Source of the DNA: a bacterium
GTDB lineage: Bacteria; SAR324; NAC60-12
Length of the DNA stretch: 64,000 nt
Assembly (NCBI GenBank): GCA_965233585.1
Contig: CBDDTI010000295.1
Span: 64,001-128,000, forward strand
Direction of reading: 5' to 3'
The stretch's first letter is position 1. Every line of letters begins with the position of its first letter. Below, one piece after another: positions 1 through 10,499 of this stretch. The position numbers and the translations under genes are program-made. Under the pieces are notes generated by a model that saw nothing but the letters and a program-made list of their open reading frames with translations, did no database searches and was not told where the DNA came from.

Positions 1-1
1 A

Positions 2-913
2 TTGCGTGCGGGACAAGTCAGGCAGGTCGTCAGTTTTTATTTTGACATCTTGCATGACGGACGCACCACCTTGCAAGGTATCAAACAACAAGCCATTGAC
101 ATTGAAACAAACTACACTTATGAGGAAGCCGATGAGTTGATTGAGACACAAGAGACTTTTTGGGGAACGTTTTCAAGGTATTTGGAGGCAGTACGATTAC
201 TTCGTTTGGAAGAAGGGGCTTTGGACTTTCCACATCAAGAAGTAGAAATCAAAACACAAGATGCAATCCAAATCACTCTGGTAGATCGCAATACTGCTGC
301 TAATCGTTTAATAGAAGAACTTGCTGTTTTGGTCAACCAGACATCAGGAGCCTTTTTTTGTCAAAATCAAATCCCTGCTTTGTACCGCACTCAAACCTAT
401 GACATTTTGCAAGAACCCCCGGAAGGTGAGCCATTCAAACGAAGCGATGTCAGACTAGCAAGCACTCAAACCTCCACAATCCCCGCAGCTCATCAAGCAC
501 TGGGTTGTTTAAATTACGTCCAAAACACCTCTCCTATTAGAAGATTTTCTGACCTCGTCATGCAATCGCAAATGACACACTTTCTACAACATCAAACCCC
601 TTTATTTGATGAAGACACTTTGATTGGCTACATGCCACAAATTGACACACGTCAACGTGCTTACAACTCTGCCACAAAAGACCTAGAAACCCACTGGAAG
701 TTTAAATACCTCAAACAACACGAAGGAGAAACCTTTACAGGACGCATTCAAAGAAGCCTGTCTTATGGACGTGTAGAAATCTTGCTAGATGCCATTCTTC
801 TCACCTTTGCACATTCCAAAATTGACGCACCTCATCAACTCCCCTTACTCTTCAAAATCCAAACAGTTGACTTAGAACACCGCACAGCCTCTGTCTTTCT
901 TCAATCACTTTAA
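2..913 (+). CDS. RNase II/RNase R family (RNB domain) exoribonuclease, 5'-truncated by the window edge
   Basis: ANRLIEELAVLVN and TSPIRRFSDL RNB motifs, followed by an S1-like C-terminus; the ORF is open at the window start. Confidence 0.85.
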   Translation: MRAGQVRQVVSFYFDILHDGRTTLQGIKQQAIDIETNYTYEEADELIETQETFWGTFSRYLEAVRLLRLEEGALDFPHQEVEIKTQDAIQITLVDRNTAANRLIEELAVLVNQTSGAFFCQNQIPALYRTQTYDILQEPPEGEPFKRSDVRLASTQTSTIPAAHQALGCLNYVQNTSPIRRFSDLVMQSQMTHFLQHQTPLFDEDTLIGYMPQIDTRQRAYNSATKDLETHWKFKYLKQHEGETFTGRIQRSLSYGRVEILLDAILLTFAHSKIDAPHQLPLLFKIQTVDLEHRTASVFLQSL

Positions 914-1041
914 AAAAGAACTGACCAGATTGTCCTAAATTTCATAATCAGAAGGGAGAATTTGGGAAGCAAAGAAGGAACCTTGCCTTTGAAAGAAGTT
1001 GAAAGAAAGAGAACTAAATCGGCTTATAAAGGAAAAGAACT

Positions 1042-1114
1042 CTAGCTTTTTTGCAAAAGCTAGGTTTGAGATTTAGAATTGAGGAATCCCTAGCCTTCTT
1101 TGCAAAAGGCTAGG
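1042..1114. repeat. Double palindrome downstream of each FN3 gene (other copies at about 3494-3564, 6208-6278, 8676-8746, 11396-11505)
   Basis: CTAGCTTTTTTGCAAAAGCTAG (1042-1063) and CCTAGCCTTCTTTGCAAAAGGCTAGG (1089-1114), both centred on TTGCAA. Confidence 0.85.
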
Positions 1115-1126
1115 AAAAGGGGAAGA

Positions 1127-3283
1127 TTAGAAACTGACCCAAGAAGAACACCCATTTGCGTTACAAGCTTTGACTTTATAACTTTTGGTCACTGACCTAA
1201 ATGAGGTCTGTGTCGTAGTCCCACCTCCTCCTCTATCACTTGTCATATAGTAAGTAGCACCTGAGACAGATGACCAGCTATGAGAATACCCACCAGAAAT
1301 GCGTACCCTTCTAGCATTTCTTGGAGGAAAGGGATAACTAGGAGTCATAATAGAAGCAGTGTTAGACCAAGAGCAACTACCACTAGAATTACAAGTTTGG
1401 ACTCGGTAATAGTATCCTGTATTGATACTTAAACTAGATGAGGTATCTGTGAAATTTGGCGTGGTCGGTATCCCAACCTTTGTATCAGAATCTGTCACAG
1501 TGCTACCAGTATCTCTGTAAACGTGATACTTAGATGCACCAGAAACTCCAGACCATGAAATCCTCACTCTTCCTTTATTAGAACCACTGGAAAGAATAGA
1601 CAAACTAATGCTGACAGGAGAAGGTGCAGTCTTAATAGAGGCAACGTTAGACCAAGAACAACTACCGCTAGAATTACAAGTTTGGATTCGAAAATGGTAG
1701 GTTGTGTTGGCAGTCAATTCAGCACTCACTATGAATCCCACTGTGGTAAATATCCCAATTTTCGTACCAGGAGGGTTGCTGGTATCGCCGTAAATGTGAT
1801 ATTTAGACGCACCTGAAACTGCAGACCATGTCCCCTGAATCTTCCCTTTGTAAGTCCCTGAAGTGACAATAGACATGCTGAGGCTGACAGCAGAAGGTGG
1901 AGACTTAATAGATTTTGCAACAGATTTTGCAGAACAGCCTGCCGCATTACAAGCATCTATTTTGTAGTAGTATGTTGTGTTAACGCTAGCAGTGGTGTCT
2001 GTATAGTCTGGTGTGTTCTCTGTACTGATTTTAGAGAATCCACTGCTTGCACTGGTGCTTCTGTAAACAGTGTAGCTTGTCGCTCCAGTCACGCTATCCC
2101 AGTTTATTCTGATCTTTCCTGCACTACTATCATCAGCACCAAGTATGGAAACGCTCTTGATTGTGGGAGTGTTAGGCTTGGACACTGCCCCCGGTAGATT
2201 CACACCAGCAGAAGCAACAGAAAGAGATGAGCAACCTGCAACATTGCATGCCTTCACTTTGTAGTAATAAGTTGAGCCTCTGGTTGCCGTATCTGTGTAA
2301 GTCGTGCCTGAATTGACTGTCGCTACTTTGGAGCTAAATGCACCACCACTGCTTGTGTCACTGTACACCTCATAACTTGTTGCTCCAGACAATCCACTCC
2401 AAGACACCGTGATTGTCGTCGCAGAGGCTTTTGCTGCTGTCGGCTTGCTAGGTGCATTGGGCTTGGACACTGCCCCCGGTAAATTGACACCAGCAGAAAC
2501 AACGGAAAAAGATGAACACCCTGACGCATTGCATGCCTTCACTTTGTAGTAATAAGTTGCCCCTCTGGGTGCTGTATCTGTGTAAGTCGTGCCTGAATTG
2601 ACTGTCGCTACTTTGGAGCTAAATGAACCACCGCTGTTGGTGTCACTGTACACTTCATAGCTGGTTGCTCCAGACACTGCAATCCAAGACACTGTGATTG
2701 TTGTTGCAGAGGCTTTCACTGCTGTCGGTTGAGATGGACTGCTAGGTGCAGAACCAGATGGCGAACTCGGAGACGAAGGAGGTCCAGATGGAGAATCAGA
2801 CGGAGAGCTGGAAGGGGAACGTGGAGAACTGGCAGGAACAACCTTGAAGTCTTCACTAAATTTAGCACCTAGCACCCTGCCTGACACTTTGCCTGTTCCC
2901 ATTTTTAAACCCTTGACCTGTACTTTCTTCTCAAAATCTGACTTCTTGTCTAAAATCAAAATCAAAGATCCTGTCTCTGCTTCAGAGTCTAATTTGCCAT
3001 CTTCCTTGTAAACTTTGATAGAAATCAGGTCTTTGTTATATTGAACTTTTAACTTTTTGCCTTGATAAAGAGAGCCAATATTTGTGCAACTGATCTTTGC
3101 CTCTTTCACAACGTCTTTTTGCAACGTCCCTTTTGCACTCAAATCACATTGAGGCTTTTCTGAACTCTGTGCGTCGTCTTCACTGCTTTCTCCTGCTGGA
3201 GGTTGACAAGCCACGAACACAAACATCAACAACCCAAACGAAAGTTTCCATAACTTCCACGATTTTTTGACTTTTCCAAACAT
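1127..3283 (-). CDS. FN3-repeat surface lipoprotein, paralog 1 (5 full FN3 modules plus a short terminal module)
   Basis: ATG at 3283 with GGGAG upstream; lipobox VFVAC; Ser/Pro linker; repeated W...Y.VY...YYYKVKACNxxGCS FN3 pattern; ends GCSSWVSF. Confidence 0.85.
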   Translation of the reverse strand: MFGKVKKSWKLWKLSFGLLMFVFVACQPPAGESSEDDAQSSEKPQCDLSAKGTLQKDVVKEAKISCTNIGSLYQGKKLKVQYNKDLISIKVYKEDGKLDSEAETGSLILILDKKSDFEKKVQVKGLKMGTGKVSGRVLGAKFSEDFKVVPASSPRSPSSSPSDSPSGPPSSPSSPSGSAPSSPSQPTAVKASATTITVSWIAVSGATSYEVYSDTNSGGSFSSKVATVNSGTTYTDTAPRGATYYYKVKACNASGCSSFSVVSAGVNLPGAVSKPNAPSKPTAAKASATTITVSWSGLSGATSYEVYSDTSSGGAFSSKVATVNSGTTYTDTATRGSTYYYKVKACNVAGCSSLSVASAGVNLPGAVSKPNTPTIKSVSILGADDSSAGKIRINWDSVTGATSYTVYRSTSASSGFSKISTENTPDYTDTTASVNTTYYYKIDACNAAGCSAKSVAKSIKSPPSAVSLSMSIVTSGTYKGKIQGTWSAVSGASKYHIYGDTSNPPGTKIGIFTTVGFIVSAELTANTTYHFRIQTCNSSGSCSWSNVASIKTAPSPVSISLSILSSGSNKGRVRISWSGVSGASKYHVYRDTGSTVTDSDTKVGIPTTPNFTDTSSSLSINTGYYYRVQTCNSSGSCSWSNTASIMTPSYPFPPRNARRVRISGGYSHSWSSVSGATYYMTSDRGGGGTTTQTSFRSVTKSYKVKACNANGCSSWVSF

Positions 3284-3325
3284 CTCTTTTCTCCCGCATC
3301 TTGGGCTAGGCAATAAAAGGGAATT

Positions 3326-3355
3326 ATTCTACCCAAGACTCACAGGAAATGTCAA
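3326..3355 (-). promoter_or_regulatory. Putative sigma70 promoter of FN3 paralog 1
   Basis: TTGACA-N18-TAGAAT on the minus strand, conserved upstream of paralogs 1-4. Confidence 0.65.
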
Positions 3356-3575
3356 TGAAAATTTTGATCAGGGTTGATGTGTCTCAACTCATGTTTTGAA
3401 TCAGGCAGCAACTTGAGCCTTCCTTTGCCAAAGGAGTGTGTTTGAGAATGTGGTACGAAGCAAGACAACAATGAGAGTGAGAAGAAAAGAACCCAGCTTT
3501 TTTGCAAAAGCTAGGTTTGAGATTTAGAATTGAGGAATCCCTAGCTTTCTTTGCAAAAGGCTAGGAAGGGAGAGA

Positions 3576-6023
3576 TTAGAAATTGACCCAAGCAGAACAC
3601 CCATTGGAATTGCATGCCCTGACTGATGTGTATGTTCTAGGTGAGAAAAGTGCAACAGTGCCATGATTTATAATAGAACCGTCAGACTTAAGGAGCTGGT
3701 ATGAAGCCGATGAAACAGGTCCCCATCTGTAATAATCTCCTGACTTTTTAGCAAATCCTGGAGCAGAAGGATAATTAGGAGTCGTAATAGAGGGAGTGTT
3801 AGACCATGAACAATTACTAGAATTACAAGTTTGAACTCGGTAATAATATTTTGTATTACCACTTGCAGACGTATCTGTGACGTTCGGTGAGGTCTCTGTT
3901 GAAACCTTTGTATCAGAATCTGTCACAGTGCGACTGGTGTCTCTATAAATGTGATATTTAGACGCACCTGAAACTCCAGACCAAGTCACCCTCACTCTCC
4001 CTTTATCGGCACCGCTAGAAAGAGTGGACAAACTAATGCTGACAGGTGAAGGAGGAGTCGTAATAGAGGCAGTGTCAGACCAAGAGCAACTGCCACCACT
4101 ATTACAGACTTTCATTCGGTAATAGTATTTTTGATTTGAGGATGATGTTCCATCTGTTCTTTTTCTTGAACTCGCACGAGGAATATTAGGATAAGTGGCA
4201 ATTTTTGTATCAGAGTCTGTCACATCACTACTGGTGTCCCTATAGACGTGATATTGACGTCCCTGTGCGGCCAAAGACCATGAAAATACTACTTTCCCTT
4301 TATGGGAACCATCATCTCTGATGCTCAAAGTGAGGGGAGCTGGCTTTGGAGGTGCAGACTTAATAGACTTGACAGCAGAATCTGCAGAACAGCCTGCCGT
4401 ATTACAAGCATTTATTTTGTAGTAGTATGTTGTGTTAACGCCAGCAGTGGTGTCTGTCATGCCTGACGTGGTCTCTGTGCTGATTTTAGAGAATCCACTG
4501 CTTGCACTGGTGCTTCTGTAAACATTGTAGCTGGTCGCTCCAGTGATGCTATCCCAGTCTATTCTGACCTTTCCTGCACTACTATCATCGGCACCAAGTA
4601 TGGAAACGTTGATTGTAGGGACACTGGGTTTGGACACTGCCCCCGGCAGATTGACACCAGCAGAAGCAACAGAAAGGGATGAACAACCTGAAGCATTGCA
4701 TGCCTTCACTTTGTAGTAATAAGTTGACCCTCTGGGTGCTGTATCTGTGTAAGATGTACCTGAATTGACTGTTGCCACTTTGGAGCTAAATGAACCACCA
4801 TCGCTTGTGTCACTGTACACCTCATAACTTGTTGCTCCAGACACTCCACTCCAAGACACCGTGATTGTTGTTGCAGAGGCTTTCACTGCTGCCGGCTTGC
4901 TAGGTGCATTGGGCTTGGACACTGCACCCGGATTGACACCAGCAGAAGCAACAGAAAGAGATGAGCAACCTGCCGCATTGCATGCCTTCACTTTGTAGTA
5001 ATAAGTTGACCCTCTGGGTGCTGTATCTGTGTAAGATGTACCTGAATTGACCGTTCCTACTTTGGAGCTAAATGCACCACCACCGCTTGTGTCACGATGC
5101 ACTTCATAACTGGTTGCTCCAGTTTTTGCACTCCAAGACACTGTGATTGTTGTTGCAGAGGCTTTCACTGCTGTCGGCTTGCTAGGTGCATTGGGCTTGG
5201 ACACTGCACCCGGTAAATTGACACCAGCAGAAACCACGGAAAAAGATGAACAACCTGAGGCATTGCATGCCTTCACTTTGTAGTAATAAGTTGCCCCTCT
5301 GGGTGCTGTATCTGTGTAAGTTGTGCCTGAATTGACCGTTGCTACTTTGGAACTGAATGACCCAATACTGCTGGTATCGCTGTACACTTCATAACTGGTT
5401 GCTCCAGACACCCCATTCCAAGACACTGTAATTGTTGTCGCAGAGGCTTTCACTGCTGTCGGTTGAGATGGACTGCTAGGTGCAGAACCAGATGGCGAAT
5501 CAGACGGAGAACTCGGATACGAAGGAGAGCCAGAAGGAGAATCAGACGGAGAACTTGGTGAACTCAAACTAGCAGGAACAACCTTGATTTCTGCACTAAA
5601 TCTGGCACTTAATACTTTGCCTGACACCTTGCTTGATCCCAGTTTTAATCCCTTGACCTGTACTTTCTTTTCAAAATCTGACTTCTTGTCTAAAATCAAA
5701 ATCAAAGACCCTGTCTCTGCTGCAGAATCTACCTTGCCATCTTCCTTGTAAACTTTGATAGAAACCAAGCCTTTATTATACTGGACTTTTAACTTCTTGC
5801 CTTGATAAAAGGAGCCGATGTTTGTGCAAATGATCTTTGCCTCTTTCACAACATCTTTTTGCAACGTTCCTTTTGCACTCAAATCACATTTGGGCTTTTC
5901 TGAACTCTGTGTGTCGTCTTCACTGCTTTCTTCTGCTGGAGGTTGACAAGCAACAAAGACAAACATCAACAATCCAAACGGAAGTTTCCATAACTTCCAC
6001 GATTTCTTTGCTTCTCCAAACAT
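3576..6023 (-). CDS. FN3-repeat surface lipoprotein, paralog 2 (6 full FN3 modules plus terminal module)
   Basis: Same N-terminus (MFGEAKK...FVAC); three copies of the KASATT module instead of two; ends GCSAWVNF. Confidence 0.85.
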   Translation of the reverse strand: MFGEAKKSWKLWKLPFGLLMFVFVACQPPAEESSEDDTQSSEKPKCDLSAKGTLQKDVVKEAKIICTNIGSFYQGKKLKVQYNKGLVSIKVYKEDGKVDSAAETGSLILILDKKSDFEKKVQVKGLKLGSSKVSGKVLSARFSAEIKVVPASLSSPSSPSDSPSGSPSYPSSPSDSPSGSAPSSPSQPTAVKASATTITVSWNGVSGATSYEVYSDTSSIGSFSSKVATVNSGTTYTDTAPRGATYYYKVKACNASGCSSFSVVSAGVNLPGAVSKPNAPSKPTAVKASATTITVSWSAKTGATSYEVHRDTSGGGAFSSKVGTVNSGTSYTDTAPRGSTYYYKVKACNAAGCSSLSVASAGVNPGAVSKPNAPSKPAAVKASATTITVSWSGVSGATSYEVYSDTSDGGSFSSKVATVNSGTSYTDTAPRGSTYYYKVKACNASGCSSLSVASAGVNLPGAVSKPSVPTINVSILGADDSSAGKVRIDWDSITGATSYNVYRSTSASSGFSKISTETTSGMTDTTAGVNTTYYYKINACNTAGCSADSAVKSIKSAPPKPAPLTLSIRDDGSHKGKVVFSWSLAAQGRQYHVYRDTSSDVTDSDTKIATYPNIPRASSRKRTDGTSSSNQKYYYRMKVCNSGGSCSWSDTASITTPPSPVSISLSTLSSGADKGRVRVTWSGVSGASKYHIYRDTSRTVTDSDTKVSTETSPNVTDTSASGNTKYYYRVQTCNSSNCSWSNTPSITTPNYPSAPGFAKKSGDYYRWGPVSSASYQLLKSDGSIINHGTVALFSPRTYTSVRACNSNGCSAWVNF

Positions 6024-6066
6024 CTCTTTTCTCCTGTATCTTGGGCTCAGACAATAAAAGGGCTCT

Positions 6067-6096
6067 ATTCTAACCAAGACTCACAGAGAACGTCAA
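6067..6096 (-). promoter_or_regulatory. Putative sigma70 promoter of FN3 paralog 2
   Basis: TTGACG-N18-TAGAAT. Confidence 0.6.
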
Positions 6097-6295
6097 TGAA
6101 AATTTTGATATAGAGTTGATGCAATTCAATCCATGTTGTGAATCAAGCGGTTACTTTAGCTTTCCTTTGCCAAAGGGGACAACAATGAGAGTAAGAAGAA
6201 AAGAACCCAGCTTTTTTGCAAAAGCTAGGTTTTGGATTTTGGAATTGAGAACTCCCAGCCCTTTTGCAAAAGGCTAGGAAAGGGAGAAAAGTGAC

Positions 6296-8464
6296 CTAAA
6301 AATAAGACCAAGACGAACACCCATTGGAATTGCATGCCTTGACTCTATCGTATTTTGTACTTGAAGAAAATGAGGTAACTGACTTATTCGCACTTCTCCC
6401 ATAATAGTCCACCACATAGTAAGTAGCTCCTGAAACAGATGACCAACTGTAAGAAAAGCTAGCCCAACTAGCAGTCCTGCTAGCATTTTTTGGAGCAGAT
6501 GGAGCTGGAGGTTTGGGAGTTGTAATAGAAGGAGTATTAGACCAAGAACAACTACCACCAGAATTGCAAGTTTGAACTCGGTAATAATATTTTGTATTTG
6601 CACTTGCAGACGTATCTGTGACGTTCGGTGTGGTCTCTGTTGAAACCTTTGTATCAGAGTCTGTCACAGTGCTACTGGTGTCTCTGTAAATATGATACTT
6701 AGATGCACCAGAAACTCCAGACCATGAAACCCTCACTTTTCCTTTATTGCTACCACTGGAAAGAGTAGACAAACTAATGCTGACAGCAGAAGGTGGAGTT
6801 TTAATAGAAGGAGCATTAGACCATGAACAACTGCCACTAGAATTACAAGTTTGGACTCGGTAATAGTAGGTTGTGTTGGCATTATTCAAAGAAGAAGTAT
6901 CTGTGACGTTCGGTGTGGTCTCTGTTGAGATCTTTCTATCAGAATCTGTCACAGTGCTACCGGTGTCTCTATAAATGTGATATTTAGATGCACCTGAGAC
7001 TGCAGACCAAGTTACCCTCACTTGTCCACTGTCAAGAATAGACAAACTGATGCTGACAGCAGAAGGTGGAGACTTAATAGATTTCGCTGCAGATTTTGCA
7101 GAACAACCTGCCGCATTACAAGCATCTATTTTGTAGTAATAGGTTGTATTGGGGGTGGCAGAGGTGTCTGTTTTGTCTGGTGAGTTCTCTGTGCTAATTT
7201 TAGAGAATCCACTGTTTGCATTGGTGCTTCTGTAAACATTGTAGCTGGTCGCTCCAGTCATACTATCCCAGTCTATTCTGACTTTTCCTGCATCACCACT
7301 ACTAGCACCGAATATAAAAACCCTTTTGATTGTAGGAGTAGGAAACGCACTTGGTAAATTGACACCATCAGAAACCACGGAAAGAGATGAACAACCTGCA
7401 ACGTTACATGCCTTCACTTTGTAGTAATAAGTTGCCCCTCTGGTTGCTGTGTCTGTGTGAGTTGTGCCTGAATTGACCGTTCCTACTTTGGAGCTAAATG
7501 AACCACCACTGCTTGTGTCCCGATACACTTCATAAGTAGTCGCCCCAGTTTCCCCACTCCAAGACACCGTGATTGTTGTTGCAGAGGCTTTTGCTGCTGT
7601 CGGCTTGCTAGGTGCATTGGGTTTGGACACTGCCCCCGGTAAATTGACACCAGCAGAAGCAACAGAAAGAGATGAACAACCTGACGCATTGCATGCCTTC
7701 ACTTTGTAGTAATAAGTTGCCCCTCTGGGTGCTGTATCTGTGTAAGATGTGCCTGAATTGACCGTTCCTACTTTGGAGCTAAAGGAACCACCACCGCTTG
7801 TGTCCCGATACACTTCATAACTTGTTGCTCCAGTTTTTGCACTCCAAGACACTGTGATTGTTGTTGCAGAGGCTTTCGCAGCAGTCGGTTGAGATGGACT
7901 GCTAGGTGCAGAACCAGATGGAGAATCAGACGGAGAACTCGGAGACGAAGGAGAGCCAGATGGAGAATCAGACGGAGAACTGGAAGGGGAACGTGGAGAA
8001 GATGGCAGACTAGCAGGAATAACCTTGAAATCTTCACTAAATTTAGCACTTAGCACCCTACCTGACACTTTGCCTGAACCTAATTTTAATCCCTTGACCT
8101 GTACTTTCTTTTCAAAATCTGACTTCTTGTCTAAAATCAAAATCAAAGAACCCTTCTCTGCCTCAGAATCTAATTTGCCATCTTCCTTGTAAACTTTGAT
8201 AGAAATCAGGTCTTTGTTATACTGGACTTTTAACTTCTTGCCTTGATAAAGAGAGCCGATGTTTGTGCAACTGATCTTTGCCTCTTTCACAACATCTTTT
8301 TGCAACGTTCCTTTTGCACTCAAATCACATTGAGGCTTTTCTGAACTCTGTGCGTCGTCTTCACTGCTTTCTCCTGCTGGAGGTTGACAAGCCACGAACA
8401 CAAACATCAACAATCCAAACGGAAGTTTCCATAACTTCCACGATTTCTTTGCTTCTCCAAACAT
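6296..8464 (-). CDS. FN3-repeat surface lipoprotein, paralog 3 (5 full FN3 modules plus terminal module)
   Basis: Same architecture and lipobox; ends GCSSWSYF. Confidence 0.85.
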   Translation of the reverse strand: MFGEAKKSWKLWKLPFGLLMFVFVACQPPAGESSEDDAQSSEKPQCDLSAKGTLQKDVVKEAKISCTNIGSLYQGKKLKVQYNKDLISIKVYKEDGKLDSEAEKGSLILILDKKSDFEKKVQVKGLKLGSGKVSGRVLSAKFSEDFKVIPASLPSSPRSPSSSPSDSPSGSPSSPSSPSDSPSGSAPSSPSQPTAAKASATTITVSWSAKTGATSYEVYRDTSGGGSFSSKVGTVNSGTSYTDTAPRGATYYYKVKACNASGCSSLSVASAGVNLPGAVSKPNAPSKPTAAKASATTITVSWSGETGATTYEVYRDTSSGGSFSSKVGTVNSGTTHTDTATRGATYYYKVKACNVAGCSSLSVVSDGVNLPSAFPTPTIKRVFIFGASSGDAGKVRIDWDSMTGATSYNVYRSTNANSGFSKISTENSPDKTDTSATPNTTYYYKIDACNAAGCSAKSAAKSIKSPPSAVSISLSILDSGQVRVTWSAVSGASKYHIYRDTGSTVTDSDRKISTETTPNVTDTSSLNNANTTYYYRVQTCNSSGSCSWSNAPSIKTPPSAVSISLSTLSSGSNKGKVRVSWSGVSGASKYHIYRDTSSTVTDSDTKVSTETTPNVTDTSASANTKYYYRVQTCNSGGSCSWSNTPSITTPKPPAPSAPKNASRTASWASFSYSWSSVSGATYYVVDYYGRSANKSVTSFSSSTKYDRVKACNSNGCSSWSYF

Positions 8465-8507
8465 CTCTTTTCTCCTGTATTTTGGGTCTAGGCAATAAAA
8501 TGGGTCT

Positions 8508-8537
8508 ATTCTACCCAAGACTCACAGAGAATGTCAA
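8508..8537 (-). promoter_or_regulatory. Putative sigma70 promoter of FN3 paralog 3
   Basis: TTGACA-N18-TAGAAT. Confidence 0.65.
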
Positions 8538-8759
8538 TGAAAATTTTGATACAAAGTTGATGTGTCTCAACCCATGTTGTGAATTAAGCAGTGACTTGAA
8601 CCTTCCTTTGCCAAAGAAGTGTATTGAGAATGTCATACAAAGTAGGGACAACAACGAAGTGAGAAGAAAAGAACCCAGCCTTTTTGCAAAAGCTAGGCTT
8701 GGGATTTTAGAATTGAGAACCCCCTAGCCTTCTTGCAAAAGGCTAGGAAAAGGGAGAGA

Positions 8760-8810
8760 TTAGAAAATAGTCCAATCAGAACCCCCAATGGCATTGCATG
8801 CCCTGAGTTT
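8760..8810 (-). pseudogene. Out-of-frame relic of the FN3-lipoprotein terminal motif
   Basis: Translates as KLRACNAIGGSDWTIF*, matching the xRACNxxGCSxWxxF* ends of the other paralogs; starts 1 nt after the paralog 4 stop. Confidence 0.8.
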
Positions 8811-8811
8811 A

Positions 8812-10416
8812 TTATGGAGTCCTAACAGAGACAGTATTAGACCAAGAGCAACTTCCGCTAGAATTACAAGTTTGAACTCGGTAATAGTATATTGTATTTC
8901 TATTTAATCTGGCTCTGTCTACGACGTTGGGTGTGGTCTCTGTTGAAACCTTTGTATCAGAATCTGTCACGGTGCTACTGGTGTCTCTATAAATGTGATA
9001 TTTAGATGCACCTGAGACTGCAGACCAAGTGATCTTCGGTCTTGAGTTATACAAATTCACAAAATGCATAGATCCGCTGATGCTGGCAGCAGAAGGTGGA
9101 GATTTAATAGATTTCGCTGCAGATTTTGCAGAACAGCCTCCCGCGTTACAAGCATCTATTTTGTAGTAATAGGTTGTATTGGCGGAGGCAGTGGTGTCTG
9201 TCTTGTCTGGTGAGTTCTCTGTGCTAATTTTAGAGAATCCACTGTTTGCATTGGTGCTTCTGTAAACATTGTAGCTTGTCGCTCCAGTCACGCTATCCCA
9301 GTCTATTCTGACTTTTCCTGCATCACCACCACTAGCACCGAGTATGAAAACCCTTTTGATTGCTGGGGTTGGAGGAGGCATTGCAACACCAGTAGAAGCA
9401 ACAGAAAGAGATGAACAACCTGCTGCGTTGCATGCCTTCACTTTGTAGTAATAAGTTGCCCCGCCGGGTGCTGTATCTGTGTGAGTTGTGCCTGAATTGA
9501 CCGTTCCTACTTTGGAGCTAAAGGAACCACCACTGCTTGTGTCCCGATACACTTCATAAGTTGTTGCCCCAGTTGCTGCACTCCAAGATACCGTGATTGT
9601 CGTTGCAGAGGCTTTCACCGCTGTCGGCTTGCTAGGTGCATTGGGTTTGGACACTGCCCCCGGTAAATTCACACCAGCAGAAACCACGGAAAGAGATGAA
9701 CAACCTGCCGCATTGCATGCCTTCACTTTGTAGTAATAAGTTGCCCCTCTGGGTGCTGTATCTGTGTAAGTCGTGCCTGAATTGACCGTTCCTACTTTGG
9801 AGCTAAAGGAACCACCACCGCTTGTGTCCCGATACACTTCATAACTGGTTGCTCCAGACACTGCACTCCAAGACACTGTGATTGTTGTCGCAGAAGCTTT
9901 CACTGCTGTCGGTTGAGATGGACTACTAGGTGCAGAACCAGATGGCGAATCAGACGGAGAACTGGCAGGAACAACCTTGAAGTCTTCACTAAATCTGGCG
10001 CTTAACACCCTGCCTGACACCTTGCCTGTTCCCATTTTTAAACCCTTAACCTGTACCTTCTTTTCAAAATCTGACTTCTTGTCTAAAATCAAAATCAAAG
10101 ATCCCGTCTCTGCTTCAGAGTCTAATTTGCCATCTTTCTTATAGGCTTTGATAGAAATCAGGTCTTTGTTATACTGGACTTTTAACTTCTTACCTTGATA
10201 AAGAGAGCCGATATTTGTGCAACTGATCTTTGCCTCTTTCACAACATCTTTTTGCAACGTCCCCTTTGCACTCAAATCACATTGAGGCTTTTCTGAACTC
10301 TGTGTGTCGTCTTCACTGCTTTCTTCTGCTGGCGGTCGGCAAGCCACAAATACAGACATTACCAACACAAACGAAAGTTTCCACAACTTCCACGATTTTT
10401 TGACTTCTCCAAACAT
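8812..10416 (-). CDS. FN3-repeat surface lipoprotein, paralog 4 (4 FN3 modules, terminal module lost)
   Basis: Lipobox VFVAC; shortest Ser/Pro linker; ends SVRTP* with an out-of-frame remnant of the family C-terminus just downstream. Confidence 0.85.
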   Translation of the reverse strand: MFGEVKKSWKLWKLSFVLVMSVFVACRPPAEESSEDDTQSSEKPQCDLSAKGTLQKDVVKEAKISCTNIGSLYQGKKLKVQYNKDLISIKAYKKDGKLDSEAETGSLILILDKKSDFEKKVQVKGLKMGTGKVSGRVLSARFSEDFKVVPASSPSDSPSGSAPSSPSQPTAVKASATTITVSWSAVSGATSYEVYRDTSGGGSFSSKVGTVNSGTTYTDTAPRGATYYYKVKACNAAGCSSLSVVSAGVNLPGAVSKPNAPSKPTAVKASATTITVSWSAATGATTYEVYRDTSSGGSFSSKVGTVNSGTTHTDTAPGGATYYYKVKACNAAGCSSLSVASTGVAMPPPTPAIKRVFILGASGGDAGKVRIDWDSVTGATSYNVYRSTNANSGFSKISTENSPDKTDTTASANTTYYYKIDACNAGGCSAKSAAKSIKSPPSAASISGSMHFVNLYNSRPKITWSAVSGASKYHIYRDTSSTVTDSDTKVSTETTPNVVDRARLNRNTIYYYRVQTCNSSGSCSWSNTVSVRTP

Positions 10417-10458
10417 TGCTTCTCTCCTGTAATTGAGTTTAAAAAATAAAATGGGTCT

Positions 10459-10488
10459 ATTCTACCCAAAACTCACAGAGAATGTCAA
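10459..10488 (-). promoter_or_regulatory. Putative sigma70 promoter of FN3 paralog 4
   Basis: TTGACA-N18-TAGAAT; an IS is inserted 11 bp upstream of the -35. Confidence 0.65.
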
Positions 10489-10499
10489 GAAAAATTTTG

